Assembly: GCA_963780685.1 (NCBI GenBank)
Contig: CAWACZ010000012.1
Coordinates: 195,238 to 259,237, forward strand
Direction: 5' to 3'
Source of the DNA: an uncultured Acidobacteriota bacterium
GTDB lineage: Bacteria; Acidobacteriota; Vicinamibacteria; Vicinamibacterales; CAVVIG01
DNA: 64,000 nucleotides
The position numbers and the translations under genes were made by a program. Of this stretch, positions 1 through 10,555 are shown in pieces. How positions within the stretch are numbered: position 1 is the stretch's first letter; the number at the start of each line of letters is the position of its first letter. The notes under the pieces are model-generated. The model made no database searches and was not told the DNA's origin. It saw nothing but the letters and a program-made list of their open reading frames with translations.

Positions 1-1573
1 AATCCCAGGGGCGCGCGATCCAGCGCGATGAGCGTGCGAACGAGGACACCGGCGCCGCAGAGCAGGACGACGGTCATGGCGACTTGAACGACGACGAGCG
101 CCTGTCGCACACGGGGCGCGTGACCGGCCTTCGAGCCGCGCGTCCGCAACGCGTCGGCCATCGATCGCCGCGCGAACAGGATCGTCGGTGCGAGGCCGGC
201 GATCGCGCCTGTCGCGAGCGACAGGCCGAACGCGTACATCAGCACGCGTCGATCGATGAACAGCTCGGAGACGCCGAGCAGGTTCGTGGGGGCCACGGCG
301 AGCAGCGCGTCGAGACTCCCGCGCGCGAGCGCGAGGCCGAGCGCGCCGCCGGCGCCGGCGAGCAGCAGGCTTTCGACCAGCAGCGATCGCGCAATCGCCC
401 AGCGTCCCGCCCCGAGTGACGCGCGAATCGCGATCTCGCGCTGGCGCGACGCCGATCGCGCCAGGAGCATGTTGGCGACGTTGAAGCAGGCAATGGCGAG
501 CAGCACGCCCACGCCGGCGAAGAGCACGAGCACCGACGTCCGCACCTGGCCCGTGAGCACCTCGCGGAGAGGCGTCACGGTCACGCTCGTGTTCTTGTTG
601 AACGTGTACGTCGCGGCGAGACGCCGCGCGATGCCCTCCATCTCCGATCGGGCCGTGCCGATCGTCGCGCCGTCGGCGAGGCGTCCGACGACGTGGATGA
701 AACGTCCGTCGGTCGTCTCCCGCCACGGGCGGTTTCGATCGAGCTGCGATGCGGTCCACACGTCGACATCCTGCTGCACGAAGCGAAAGCCGGCGGGCAT
801 CACGCCGACGATCTCGTACGGGCGATCGTCGAGCTGGACCGTGCGGCCGATGGCGCGCCGATCGCCACCCAGCTGGTCCTGCCAGGCGCGGTAGCTGAGC
901 ACGGCGACGCGTGGGCCGTTCGGACGGTCGTCCTCATCGGAGATCGTGCGGCCAAGGAGCGGTGCGACGCCGAGCAGAGGAAAGAATTCCGATGACACCA
1001 GTTGCGCGTTCACGCGTCGCGGCTCGCCGGCGCCGGTCAGCGTGAACGACGCACGCCTCGCCAGGCGGCGAATCGTCGAAACGTGCGGCTCTCGCGCTGC
1101 CAGTCGAGCCAGTTGGCGGGCGAGACGTCGGCGCGCGAGTTGCGACCAGACAACTCGTCGACCATCACGAGCTGGTCGCCGTCTGGGTACGGCAGCGGCC
1201 GCAGCAGGAGCTGATCGACGACGGAGAAGACAGCGGTGTTGCCGCCGATGCCGAGGGCCAGCGTCAGGATCACGGCGAGCGAAAAGCCTGGGCTGCGCCA
1301 GAGACCACGAGCCGCGTGTCTGACGTCTCGCGCGACATCTTCTGCAACGCGCATCGTCCGCTCGTCGTGGCCGCGCTCCTTGAGCCGCGTCAGATTGCCG
1401 AACTGCCGCCGGGCGGCGCGTTGCGCGTCGACGTCGCTCAGCCCGTCACGAGCGTAGTCGCGTGCGAGCGAATCGACATGGAACGCCATCTCGCGCTCCA
1501 TGTCGCGATCCCTCGAGCGCCATTGGAACAATGCGAGTACGCGGCGAATGAAGCGCGGCGGTCGCAGGGCCAT
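1..1573 (-). CDS. ADOP/MacB-like FtsX-family ABC permease (3' end runs off the left edge); apparent frameshift near 1040-1060
   Basis: ORF 1037..1573 starts MALRPPRFIRRVLALFQWRSRDRDMEREMAFHVD...GFSLAVILTLALGIGGNTAVFSVVDQLLLRPLPYPD, a typical acidobacterial orphan-permease N-terminus. In another phase the minus strand continues ASFTLTGAGEP... and reads CGAGVLVRTLIALDRAPLG at positions 59..1. Confidence 0.8.
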
Positions 1574-1574
1574 G

Positions 1575-1919
1575 TCACGCCTCCTGCTCGAGCGCGCGCA
1601 GCACGCGCGCGACGGCGCCGGACAGCCGCAGCCAGCCGTCGAGCTCGGCCTGCGCCGCGCGGCGTCCCTTCCGCGTCAGCGCGTAGAACTTGGCGTTGCG
1701 GTTGTTGCTGGTGGGGCGCCATTCGGCCTCGATCAGGCCCTGTTCTTCCATGCGATAGAGCGCCGGATAGAGCGATCCCTCTTCCACGCGCAGCACATCA
1801 TCGGAGAGCTGATGCAGCCGCGTCGCGATGCCGTAGCCGTGATTTGGTCCCGCCCCCAGCACTTTCAGCACGAGGAGATCCAGCGTGCCCTGCAGCAGAT
1901 CGCCTTTCCGCACCGCCAT
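1575..1919 (-). CDS. PadR-family transcriptional regulator
   Basis: 114-aa ORF with winged-helix PadR signature LLVLKVLGAGPNHGYGIATRL...EGSLYPALYRMEEQGLIEAEW. Its stop abuts the permease start (1575/1573), the usual PadR-permease pair. Confidence 0.9.
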   Translation of the reverse strand: MAVRKGDLLQGTLDLLVLKVLGAGPNHGYGIATRLHQLSDDVLRVEEGSLYPALYRMEEQGLIEAEWRPTSNNRNAKFYALTRKGRRAAQAELDGWLRLSGAVARVLRALEQEA

Positions 1920-2268
1920 CGATCCGACTCCTCCCCGACGCGGCTCACTTAGAGCGTCTTGGTGAGTGTCAGTAGAGCACAGTCTTACTTAGACGGTCAA
2001 GGGAAGACGAGGTGCGCGTCGCCAAAACCGACAGCGTCTTCACAACCGACACGAGCCCTCTCGCGCGATCCGAGGTCTTTTGAACCTGCTGGATGTGCTA
2101 CGAAAACCGAAGATGGTCGAGAGCCGGAAGTCCCTTGGCAAAACCGCCAGGGCCGCTCCTCAGATTTCTTTGAGCCGCCCGGTCGCGTACTTGTGTAGCA
2201 GGCTCGCGATCCATCCATCTGTCTACTGCGATAGACACATCGGACAACCCTCGGCTATCCTGGGTCTC

Positions 2269-2474
2269 GTGACCGGGAAGGACCTTCGGCGCATCCTCAG
2301 GTCCCTCGGTTGCGTCGAGAGCCGGCAACGGGGCTCGCATCGACGCGTCGAATGCGGCCACTGTGTGACGACCGTACGGTTCATGCGGGTGAGGACATCG
2401 GGCCCGGTCTGCTGCGCCGTATCGAGCGCGACTTGGAGCCGTGCCTCGGAAAGGGATGGTTGAAGAAGCCGTGA
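2269..2474 (+). CDS. hicA: HicA-like mRNA interferase toxin, apparent 1-nt deletion near 2377
   Basis: GTG 2269 then TGKDLRRILRSLGCVESRQRGSHRRVECGHCVTTV. After a phase change at gtacggtt it continues VHAGEDIGPGLLRRIERDLEPCLGKGWLKKP* (TGA 2472-2474). Length 206 nt is one short of a multiple of 3. Confidence 0.7.
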
Positions 2475-2866
2475 AGTCTTATCGCGTGGCGTACGAGCGA
2501 GACGAGTCGGGGTGGTGGGTCGCCACCGTGCGCGGTGTGCGAGGTTGCCACACGCAGGGTCGCACCGTCGACGAGGCTCGGCGCCGCATCCGAGAGGCGC
2601 TGGAACTGTTCGTCGACAATGCGCGCAGGGCTCCGATCGTGGACGACGTGAAGCTGCCGCGTGCTGCGACGAGGGCGATTCGGGCCTACGCGACTCTTCG
2701 CAAAAAGGCCGACGAAGAAGACCGGCGGGCGGCCCGCGCGGCTCGACGCGCCGTCCGCGTATTGCGGACCGGAAGACTGAAGATGAGCGCGCGCGATGCG
2801 GCTCGTCTCCTGGGGCTGTCGCATCAGCGCGTGCACCAGCTCACGCAAGAAGAAGGAAGCGAGTAG
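2456..2866 (+). CDS. hicB: HicB-like antitoxin (N-terminal HicB fold plus C-terminal HTH)
   Basis: MVEEAVKSYRVAYERDESGWWVATVRGVRGCHTQGRTVDEARRRIREALELFV... with C-terminal MSARDAARLLGLSHQRVHQL helix-turn-helix. ATG 2456 overlaps the hicA 3' end. Confidence 0.8.
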   Translation: MVEEAVKSYRVAYERDESGWWVATVRGVRGCHTQGRTVDEARRRIREALELFVDNARRAPIVDDVKLPRAATRAIRAYATLRKKADEEDRRAARAARRAVRVLRTGRLKMSARDAARLLGLSHQRVHQLTQEEGSE

Positions 2867-3050
2867 CCTTTCGGCTGCGCTGGCTGCAAGCTGGCACATA
2901 CGACAGATGGCGGTTCTTTCGCGGGTCTCTGAGCGTCAACTTTCATTCGGTCCTGGCGAACGGCGTATACGCTCGCCGTCCACGACTTCTGGAAGTTCAC
3001 ATGGAGTCACAGCACGCTGAAGGCCCAGCTCGCCATTACGGCTGCAGCCG

Positions 3051-3257
3051 GTGTCGCGTATGACCTGTGACACCACTGGGGTGATCAGTCCGCCGACAGT
3101 GACGCGCCGGCCGGCGAGTGGTCGCTGGTTCTACGTCGGTACGGCCGTGTTCATGGTCAGCGTGGCCATGGCGGGCTTTGGCCCTTCGATCATCGACCAG
3201 TCGCGACGGATCGCTCCAGCCACGCCCATGTCGATTGCGCACGGTGTTCTTTGGTAG
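3051..3257 (+). pseudogene. N-terminal relic of a membrane protein (about 65 codons, ends at TAG)
   Basis: RWFYVGTAVFMVSVAMAGFGPSIIDQSRRIAPATPMSIAHGVLW* looks like the first TM helix and loop of a multi-pass protein. It stops abruptly 40 bp before the convergent MarR gene. Confidence 0.3.
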
Positions 3258-3295
3258 TCACAACGCAATCTCGTCTTCGCTGAGCGTGGTCCGCC

Positions 3296-3823
3296 TCATG
3301 GACGAGACCTTCTTCGTGATCTGCGATGAATGGAATCGTCGTGCACCAGCCGCTCGAGTTCCGTTCGAATCAGCTGCATGACTTCAACCGTGTCCTTCAG
3401 CCGCATCGTGGACACTTGTAAGTTCAGGCGCGGGCGCCATTCGACCTCAATCTGTTGAATCCGTTGAACCGCCCTTTCGCCCTTGGCCGTCAGCGCGATG
3501 AGCGGCGATTGCCTGTGCGCGGGGTTCGGCACCGCCTCCAGAAGACCGTCCGCGATCAGGGCGTTGACCAGTGGCTGAAAGCGCTGCCGTGACTGCTCGC
3601 GCTCCCGCGCCATCTGCGCGACCGTGCGCGGCCCCGACCGCGCGAGGCCAAGCAGCACGGTGCGGCGCGGTCCCGACAATGGGCCCTTGCCGTGCATTTT
3701 GGCGGCGAGCGCGCTGAGGCGCAGGTACACCCGCACGTTTTCGTCGAAGAACTCGTAGAGCTGGCGCCACCACTTGTCCCCGTGTCCGTCCCTGCGATTG
3801 GCTCGCTTCCACTGTTGTGTCAT
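3296..3823 (-). CDS. MarR-family transcriptional regulator
   Basis: From ATG 3823: MTQQWKRANRRDGHGDKWWRQLYEFF...LSGPRRTVLLGLARSGPRTVAQMAREREQSRQRFQPLVNALIADGLLE (wHTH). The longer ORF start at 3934 has no RBS logic. Confidence 0.85.
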   Translation of the reverse strand: MTQQWKRANRRDGHGDKWWRQLYEFFDENVRVYLRLSALAAKMHGKGPLSGPRRTVLLGLARSGPRTVAQMAREREQSRQRFQPLVNALIADGLLEAVPNPAHRQSPLIALTAKGERAVQRIQQIEVEWRPRLNLQVSTMRLKDTVEVMQLIRTELERLVHDDSIHRRSRRRSRP

Positions 3824-3852
3824 GACGATCTCGCTGCCGCTGTCACCTAATA

Positions 3853-3870
3853 CTGACAATCTATTGTCAG
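3853..3870. promoter_or_regulatory. Perfect 8-2-8 palindrome CTGACAAT-CT-ATTGTCAG, candidate MarR operator in the divergent MarR/TonB-receptor intergenic region
   Basis: Read directly at 3853-3870. An extra half-site ATTGTC lies at about 3882-3887, 30 bp upstream of the MarR start. Confidence 0.5.
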
Positions 3871-4007
3871 AATGACCATGTATTGTCCATTGGTGGCGAC
3901 ACTGGCGGCCGCCGCCTCGTGCAATTGCCGCCACATTCGGCCCCCTCGTGATGGCACAGGGCGTGCTCGCGGTCGACGCGCACGGTCTGCGAAGGAGGTA
4001 TCACAAG

Positions 4008-6299
4008 ATGAGGTCGATGAACAGTATCTGCTGGGCGGCCGCGTGGCTGGTCTACGCGTCGGCCAACGCCGCCGACGCACAAACCGCGACGATCGAGGGC
4101 CGCGTCGTCGATGCGCGCTCCAACCAGCCGCTGGCCCGGGTCGTGGTCCACGTCGAGCATCAATCGGTGTTTGCGGACACCGACGCAACGGGCGCGTTCA
4201 CGCTGTCGCTGCCACCAGGCCGGCACACGATCTCGGCGTTCTTAATCGGCTACGCCATCGTCCGTCACGTCGTTGACGTCGGCGTCGGTGCGACAGAGGA
4301 GTTGGTGATCGAGCTCTCGGAAGGCGCGGGCCGCTATGAAGAAGTCGTGACCGTCGAGGGCTCGGTCCGCGACGACACGGACGGCGCGCCTGGCGGTTCC
4401 GTCCTGCACGGACGCGATCTGCAGGCGTTGCGCGGGGTGATGCTGGACGATCCGCTGCGCGCGCTGCAGGCGCTCCCCTCCGCAACCTCGACCAACGACT
4501 TCTATAGCGAGTTCGCCGTGCGCGGCAGCAGCTTCCGTCATCTCGGCCTGGCGATCGACGGCATCCCGGCTCCGTACTTGATCCATACGATTCACGCCGT
4601 GCCTGACGGCGGTTCGATTGCGATGGTCAACAGCGAGGCACTCGGTGCAGCGTCGCTGCGGCCGGGCAGTTACCCGCAACGCCTGGGCCGCCGGCTCAGC
4701 GCGCAAATCGATCTGAGTACGCGCGACGGCGACCGCGAGGGCGTCCACGGCCGTGTGGGGCTGAGCGGAACCAGCGCGAATGCGATTGGCGAGGGCCCAT
4801 TCGCAAGCGGCCGCGGGGCGTGGGTCGCCTCCGTGCGGCGCAGCTATCTCGACTTCCTGCTCGATCGCATCGATCCCGAGGGGAGCGTCGGATTCGGATT
4901 CAGTGACGCGCTCGGCAAAGTCACCTTCGACGTGAACCCACGTCACCAGCTGCAGTTGCTGACGGTGATCGGCCGCTCGCTCTTCGACGAAGCGCCGGAG
5001 GATCTCGGCGTGAATGACGAGGTGCAGGCGAGAAGCCGCGCCTGGCTCACGGCCGCCACGTGGCGGTATACGCCGGCCGCGCGGCTTGCGGTATCGCAGC
5101 GTGTGTATGTGACGGGGATGGACTTCAGGAACGTCAACAAGAACGACGTGCTGCTCGATGGCGGCGAGGCGAACGACGTCGGCTGGCGCGCCGACGCGAC
5201 CTACGCGCTCCGCGATGGATGGATCGCCGAGTTCGGCGGCGACGTGCTGCGATCGACTGCGGCCCGCGCGCGGCAACGCACCTTCGACGGCGCGACCGAG
5301 CCGGTGACGCTCAGCAACTACTCGGCGACCGGCGGCGCGGCCTCCGCGTACGCACAACTATCGGCGCGCATGGGCCCGGTCATCATCACTCCGGGAGCTC
5401 GCGTGGATCGCTGGCAGGCCACCGACACGACCACGTCGTCGCCATGGATCACCGGCGAATGGGCGATGACAAGCACGATGCAACTTAGCGGTGGTGCGGG
5501 TATCTACCGACAGTTCCCCGATCTCACGATGCTGAACGGTCTCAACGGCGACCCGCATCTCCGTCCCGAGCGCGCGGCGCACGCGGACCTCGCCATCGTC
5601 CGGACGTTCGCTGATTCAGTGAGTCTGCAGGTAACGGGCTATCGACGCGACGAGCGCGACGTCTTGCGGATCGCGGACTCGGAGCCGCGGCGATTGACCG
5701 ACGGAACGATTGTGCTGGGGCGCGGCGATGCGCGATGGTCGAATCGCCTGAGCGGCCGCGCGGATGGTGTCGAGGTCCTTCTCCGCCGCGACGCACCGGA
5801 TGCCCTGTCAGGCTGGATCGCGTACGCATACTCTCGACATCGTTACGACGATGTGGTGACAGGCGAGCGGTTTTGGAATGACTACGATCAGCGTCACAGC
5901 CTGTCGACCTACGCGCTCTATCGCCTGTCGAACCGCTCGAGCCTTGGCGCGAAGTTTCGTTACGGCAGCAACTATCCGATCACAGGCTATGTTGGACAGC
6001 AAACATTCTCGCCGAATGCTCCCCCGCTGTTCGGCGGCGAGCGACCGCTGTTCTTTGGCCTCACCGATCTGCGCAACACGCTGCGGCTGCCCGTCTATGC
6101 CCGCCTTGACGTCCGCGCCGACCGCGCCGTGTCGTGGTCGGGACGCCGCGTCACGCTGTTCGTGGAAGTCGCCAACGTGCTGAACCGCCGCAACGAGCGG
6201 AACGTGCCGTATTCGGTCGGCCGCAATGGACAACTGAATGGCGTCACCGATTCGCTGTTGCCCATCGTGCCGTCTGCCGGGTTTGTGATTGAGTTCTAG
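4008..6299 (+). CDS. TonB-dependent receptor-like outer-membrane protein with N-terminal CarboxypepD_reg domain
   Basis: SD GAAGGAGG at 3991-3998. Signal peptide MRSMNSICWAAAWLVYASANAADA, then TIEGRVVDARSNQPLARVVVHV...TDATGAFTLSLPPGRHTISAFLIGY. Long beta-rich body ends in the terminal ...PSAGFVIEF. Confidence 0.85.
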   Translation: MRSMNSICWAAAWLVYASANAADAQTATIEGRVVDARSNQPLARVVVHVEHQSVFADTDATGAFTLSLPPGRHTISAFLIGYAIVRHVVDVGVGATEELVIELSEGAGRYEEVVTVEGSVRDDTDGAPGGSVLHGRDLQALRGVMLDDPLRALQALPSATSTNDFYSEFAVRGSSFRHLGLAIDGIPAPYLIHTIHAVPDGGSIAMVNSEALGAASLRPGSYPQRLGRRLSAQIDLSTRDGDREGVHGRVGLSGTSANAIGEGPFASGRGAWVASVRRSYLDFLLDRIDPEGSVGFGFSDALGKVTFDVNPRHQLQLLTVIGRSLFDEAPEDLGVNDEVQARSRAWLTAATWRYTPAARLAVSQRVYVTGMDFRNVNKNDVLLDGGEANDVGWRADATYALRDGWIAEFGGDVLRSTAARARQRTFDGATEPVTLSNYSATGGAASAYAQLSARMGPVIITPGARVDRWQATDTTTSSPWITGEWAMTSTMQLSGGAGIYRQFPDLTMLNGLNGDPHLRPERAAHADLAIVRTFADSVSLQVTGYRRDERDVLRIADSEPRRLTDGTIVLGRGDARWSNRLSGRADGVEVLLRRDAPDALSGWIAYAYSRHRYDDVVTGERFWNDYDQRHSLSTYALYRLSNRSSLGAKFRYGSNYPITGYVGQQTFSPNAPPLFGGERPLFFGLTDLRNTLRLPVYARLDVRADRAVSWSGRRVTLFVEVANVLNRRNERNVPYSVGRNGQLNGVTDSLLPIVPSAGFVIEF

Positions 6300-6338
6300 C
6301 TGCGAATGCCGACAGGAGGTGTGATGTTATTTCTTCTC

Positions 6339-6674
6339 TTACGCTGTTGGTTCACGCAGCATGACCAGGAGCATGCGTGACGCTTCCGCGGCCCGAACAG
6401 CGTGAGGCACGTTCGCGGGCATCAGCACCAGGGATTGCGGGATGGTCCGCACTTCGCGACCGCCGATAGTCAGAACGAGCGCTCCGGACAGGGTGAGCAC
6501 GAGCGCATCAAAAGGTGCGGTGTGCTCTGATAGTTCTTCACCCGCGTCGAAGGCGAAGAGCGTGATATTGCCCGCTGCTGTCCGCGCCAGTACACGGCTT
6601 GCGATGCCTTGTGCGGTCGGCGTGACGAGATCTTCCAACGCCCACAGTTCACCGGGCGGAAGCGTGCTCGCCAT
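6339..6674 (-). CDS. Cupin-domain protein (last gene of the molybdoenzyme operon)
   Basis: 111 aa; GNITLFAFDAGEELSEHTAPFDALVLTLSGALVLTIGGREV...MPANVPHAVRA is a cupin_2-like two-motif pattern. It lies 7 bp after the preceding gene. Confidence 0.8.
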   Translation of the reverse strand: MASTLPPGELWALEDLVTPTAQGIASRVLARTAAGNITLFAFDAGEELSEHTAPFDALVLTLSGALVLTIGGREVRTIPQSLVLMPANVPHAVRAAEASRMLLVMLREPTA

Positions 6675-6681
6675 GACCTTC

Positions 6682-6933
6682 TTAAGCTCCAGCCCTTCTA
6701 GTGCGCTCGATGCGCCGCAGATAGATGAGCAGCCCGACGTTCAGGCCCAACCCACCCGCACTCACTGCAGCTGCCGGCCAGACCACAGAAGCATCTCCAC
6801 CGAGCCAGGCGTTCATGGTCGCGGTGAGCAGCCAGAGTTGAAGAATCACGACGATCAGGACGAAGACCAGCATCCCGTAGACGATGATCGTCCGCTGGTC
6901 GCGGCTGAACGGCCGCTGCGCCGAAGCGCTCAT
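6682..6933 (-). CDS. Small two-TM membrane protein of unknown function
   Basis: MSASAQRPFSRDQRTIIVYGMLVFVLIVVILQLWLLTATMNAWLGGDASVVWPAAAVSAGGLGLNVGLLIYLRRIE. ATGA overlap with the Rieske gene stop (6930-6933). Confidence 0.6.
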   Translation of the reverse strand: MSASAQRPFSRDQRTIIVYGMLVFVLIVVILQLWLLTATMNAWLGGDASVVWPAAAVSAGGLGLNVGLLIYLRRIERTRRAGA

Positions 6934-7577
6934 GTTGTCCTCTCCTCGATCGCGACGGCGTAGATCTCCCGCCCTCTGATGGCGAGCACGATCCGTGTCA
7001 ACGGCCGGCGCGGCGGCCCGGCGGTGGGCGCGCCCGTCCTGAGGTCGAACCGCCCTTCGTGGCAGGGACAGTAGAAGCTGTTCTCGGCCGGCCGGGGAAT
7101 CACGGCACAAGACAAGTGCGTGCACTTCTGGCCGAAGGCGACGAACTCGTTCGTGGTCAGCCGCACCAACAAACAGGGTTCGTGTTCGTCAGGGTAAGTG
7201 AAGACAACCACCCCGCCGACGGCCATATCGTCGATCGAAGCAATCCGCTGCATTGCCGGCTGGCCAGAGCGCTTCCGGTACCAGTTCTGGACGCCAATCC
7301 ACACCTGTCCCAGCGTGAACGCCGCGCTGGTCAGCACGAGGAACTTCATGAAGTCCCGGCGCTCGACATAGAGATCCTGCGGCCAGTCGATCGGGAAGTC
7401 CTGCCGCCAGGCGGGCTGGGCGTCGGCCGGTGCGAAGTTCGGTGCGATGGTGATCTGCTCACGCTCGAGCGGGGGCGCGTAGAGGCTCGCGGGAGCCGTT
7501 CCGGTGAGACCTTCACGTCCCGGCGAGTTGATTGCGGGATCGACCGGGCGACGTGGATCGGGACCGACGTCGGTCAT
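6930..7577 (-). CDS. Membrane-anchored Rieske [2Fe-2S] protein
   Basis: 215 aa; TM/Tat-like ERRDFMKFLVLTSAAFTLGQVWIGV; Rieske ligand boxes CTHLSC and CPCHEGRF. Confidence 0.85.
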   Translation of the reverse strand: MTDVGPDPRRPVDPAINSPGREGLTGTAPASLYAPPLEREQITIAPNFAPADAQPAWRQDFPIDWPQDLYVERRDFMKFLVLTSAAFTLGQVWIGVQNWYRKRSGQPAMQRIASIDDMAVGGVVVFTYPDEHEPCLLVRLTTNEFVAFGQKCTHLSCAVIPRPAENSFYCPCHEGRFDLRTGAPTAGPPRRPLTRIVLAIRGREIYAVAIEERTT

Positions 7578-7579
7578 CG

Positions 7580-8257
7580 CTACACCTCGACCTCGGTGAA
7601 CGGGTCGTACTCAGCGGGCGCCGCGGCGGGTGGGGTCACGACCTTCAGCGCCACTGCCCGGCTCCGGGGCTGCTCTTCCATCGCCGCGGTGACATCGACG
7701 TGCGGCGCCACAGTCGCCAGCTTTCGGGGCACCATCACGTACACCTGCGTGGTGATCGTCTGATGGCCGAACTGGAAGGTGTTGACGGGCGTCGAGAGAG
7801 GCCGCAGCTGTTCGATCTGCTCTCGCGTGCCGAAGAAGAGCGCCTGGCTCGGGCACACGGTCGCGCACATCGGCTTCTTGCCGACGCTCGACCGGTCGTA
7901 ACACATGTCGCACTTCATCATGATCTTGCGGTCTTCGTAGAGCTCGGGCACGCCGAACGGGCAGGCCACCACGCAGTTCCCGCAGGCGATGCAGCGTGGC
8001 TTCCGTGCCGATTGCACCACCCCGTCGCCGGTGCGCTTGATGGCGTCCGCCGGACACACCTCGGCGCAGGTGGGCTGGTCGCAGTGCATGCAGACGACGG
8101 GCACGGTCTGCACGCTCTCCGACCGGTTCACATATTCGAGGTGAATCATCGATTCGCCGCGGTGCGTGTCGCACTCGGAGCATGCCTGCACGCAGGCCTG
8201 GCAGCCGATGCAGCGGTTTGGATCGATGAAGAAGTGCAGGTAGTCCGGTTTGCCCAT
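7580..8257 (-). CDS. 4Fe-4S dicluster (DmsB/PsrB/NrfC-like) electron-transfer subunit
   Basis: 225 aa with four Cys groups: [44 protein letters not shown]...CATVCP. Confidence 0.9.
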   Translation of the reverse strand: MGKPDYLHFFIDPNRCIGCQACVQACSECDTHRGESMIHLEYVNRSESVQTVPVVCMHCDQPTCAEVCPADAIKRTGDGVVQSARKPRCIACGNCVVACPFGVPELYEDRKIMMKCDMCYDRSSVGKKPMCATVCPSQALFFGTREQIEQLRPLSTPVNTFQFGHQTITTQVYVMVPRKLATVAPHVDVTAAMEEQPRSRAVALKVVTPPAAAPAEYDPFTEVEV

Positions 8258-8275
8258 GGTGATGGTCGTGCCCGT

Positions 8276-10550
8276 CTATTGCTGCGGCTCGAGCACCGCC
8301 GCGTAGTCCGGCGGTCCATCCGCCCTGCGCACGAGGCACCCGCATACCTTGTACTGCGGGATCTTGCTGATCGGGTCCTGGGCGGCTACCGTCAGTTGGT
8401 TCGCGCTCTTCCGGCCGGCCCAGTGATAGGGGATGAAGATCGTGTCCGGACGGATCGTGGTCACTACCTGCGCTTTGAGCGTGATGGTCCCGCGCCGGGT
8501 CTCGGCCGTCGTCCAATCGCCGTCCGCGATCCCGAGCTTCGCTGCCAGCCGCGGATGCATCTCGATTCGCGGCTCGGCGTACTGTTGCACCAACGGTCCG
8601 ATCCGGCGCGTCTGCGTGCCGGAGAGGAACTGGCTGACGACCCGGCCAGTGGTCAGGTAGATCGGATACTCCTCGCTGGCATCGTCAACCGGCGGGCGAT
8701 ACTCCGCGACGTTGAAGCGCGCGCGGCCGTCGGGAAAGTAGAACGGTCCGCTGCCTTTGGCGACTGGGTTGTAGCTGCCGCGCTCGAAGAGGCGCGGCGT
8801 GCCGGGATGGTCATCGATGGCGGCACCGGTGCGCGGGTCCTCGCTGTAGCACGGCCAGAAGACGCCGAGCTGCTCTGTGATCTTCTCGTAGGTCACGCCC
8901 GAGTAGTCCGCAACACCGCCCTTGCTGGCGACGCGAAGTTCCTCGAAGATCTCGCGCGGCTGGCGGAAGGTGAAGCCGCGCGGCCTGCCCAGGGCCTGCG
9001 CGATGTCCTGGATGATGCGCCAGTCCTCGCGCGCGTCGCCCGGGCATTCCACCGCCTTGTTGATCTTGATGATGCGCCCCTCGACCTGCGTGACCGTGCC
9101 CTCATCTTCCTCGTGCAGACTGCCGGGCAGCACGATGTCGGCGTGCCACGCCGTGTCGTTGAGGAAGAAGTCGATGGCGGTGTAGAACTCGAGCTTCTCG
9201 AGACAGCGCGTGATGAACGCGTTGTCCGGAAGCGATACCTTCGGGTTGAAGCAAATCGACAGCAGCCCCTTGATCTCACCGCGATCGATCTTGCGGAACA
9301 GCTCGTAGGCGTCAACACCTGGCCCTGGAAGCTCCTGCTCGTCAATCCCCCAGACGCCAGCGATGTATCGCCGGTGTTCAGGGTTGCTGATGTCCCGCCA
9401 ACCTGGGAGCTGATCGCACTTCTGCCCGTGCTCGCGACCGCCCTGTCCGTTGGCCTGGCCGACGATGGTGCCGTAGCCGCTCTTCGGCTTGCCGATCCGT
9501 CCCGACGCGAGCACGAGGTTGATCGTGCCGAGCGCGTTCTGGACCCCGTTCGAGTGGTGCTCGATGCCGCGGGCGTGGAAGAGGAAGCTCGTCTTCGCCG
9601 TCCCCCACCATTCGGCAGCCTGCATCAGCGCCCGCTTCGGCACGCCGGTCACTTCAGCGGTCCGAGGCAGCGTCCACTCCCGGCAGTACGCCGCCAGCCT
9701 GCTCGAAGCCGACCGTGTGGGCGTCGATGAACGCGTGATCGAGCCAGTCGCGCTCGATCATGATCTGCAGCACGCCGGCAAAGAGCGCCGCGTCACGCCC
9801 TGGCTTCACAGGCAGGTACAAGTCGCAAGTCCGGGCAGCGGGCGTGATGCGCGGATCCTGGACGATGATCTTCGCGCCCTGCTCGCGCGCCTGCCAGATG
9901 TAGTTCGTGGTGATCGGCGAGCACTCGGCCACGTTCGAGCCGGCGACCCAAATCACCTCGGTCCCGACCATGTCGGACCACGGATTCGTGGTGCGGTCGA
10001 TGCCGAACGCCTTCTTGTTCGCGGCGCCGGCGCTGACCATGCACAGCCGTCCGTTGTAGTCGATGAACGGCGTCTTCAGGCAGACGCGCGCGAACTTGCC
10101 GAGCAGATAGGTCTTCTCTGTCGTCAGGCTCGCGCCGCCGAGGAGGCCGATGGCGCCGGCGCCGTGCGTGTGCTGAATGCGGCCGATCTCGGCGGCGACA
10201 CGGCTGATGGCGTCCGCGTACGGCAGCGGACTGAATCCCGACGCCGAGGACGTATCCCGCCGCAACGCCGTCGTCAACCGATCGGGATGCGAGCCCTGGA
10301 GGTAGCGCTTCACGCCCTTCGGGCAGAGCATGCCGCGATTGAACGGGAAGTCTTCCCATGGCTCGAAGCCAATCACCTGATTGTCGCGGACCTTGAGCTG
10401 AATGCCGCATTGCTGCCCGCAGAAACAGCAATGCGTCTTCACGAGCCGATCCGGCTCGACGCTGGTCGACAGCCGAACGCCCGTCATCGCGGACAGGTGC
10501 GGCCCGAACCGTTCGATGATGCGAAGGGGATCGACCGGAACTTCGGCCAC
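8276..10550 (-). CDS. Molybdopterin oxidoreductase, Nas/NarB-type nitrate-reductase-like catalytic subunit; apparent 1-nt insertion at a CCC/GGG run near 9679-9681
   Basis: N-terminal FeS box [10 protein letters not shown]. Cys Mo-ligand context [20 protein letters not shown]-terminal half ...[59 protein letters not shown]. No twin-arginine signal. ORFs 9654..10550 and 8276..9652 are in different phases. Confidence 0.9.
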
Positions 10551-10555
10551 GCCGG

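Noticed and set aside
9650-9660. TGA at 9654-9656 between the two halves of the molybdopterin oxidoreductase, considered as a selenocysteine codon
   Set aside because: The two halves are in different phases (10550 versus 9652), so this is a frameshift at a GGG run, not recoding. The Mo ligand position already carries Cys (RLCMVSA).
7532-9730. 732-aa plus-strand ORF, the longest ORF in this part of the window
   Set aside because: It is antisense to the 4Fe-4S and molybdopterin genes, which have clear cofactor motifs. Its translation is Arg/Ala/Gly/Pro/Asp-rich low-complexity sequence with no motif, a typical high-GC shadow ORF.
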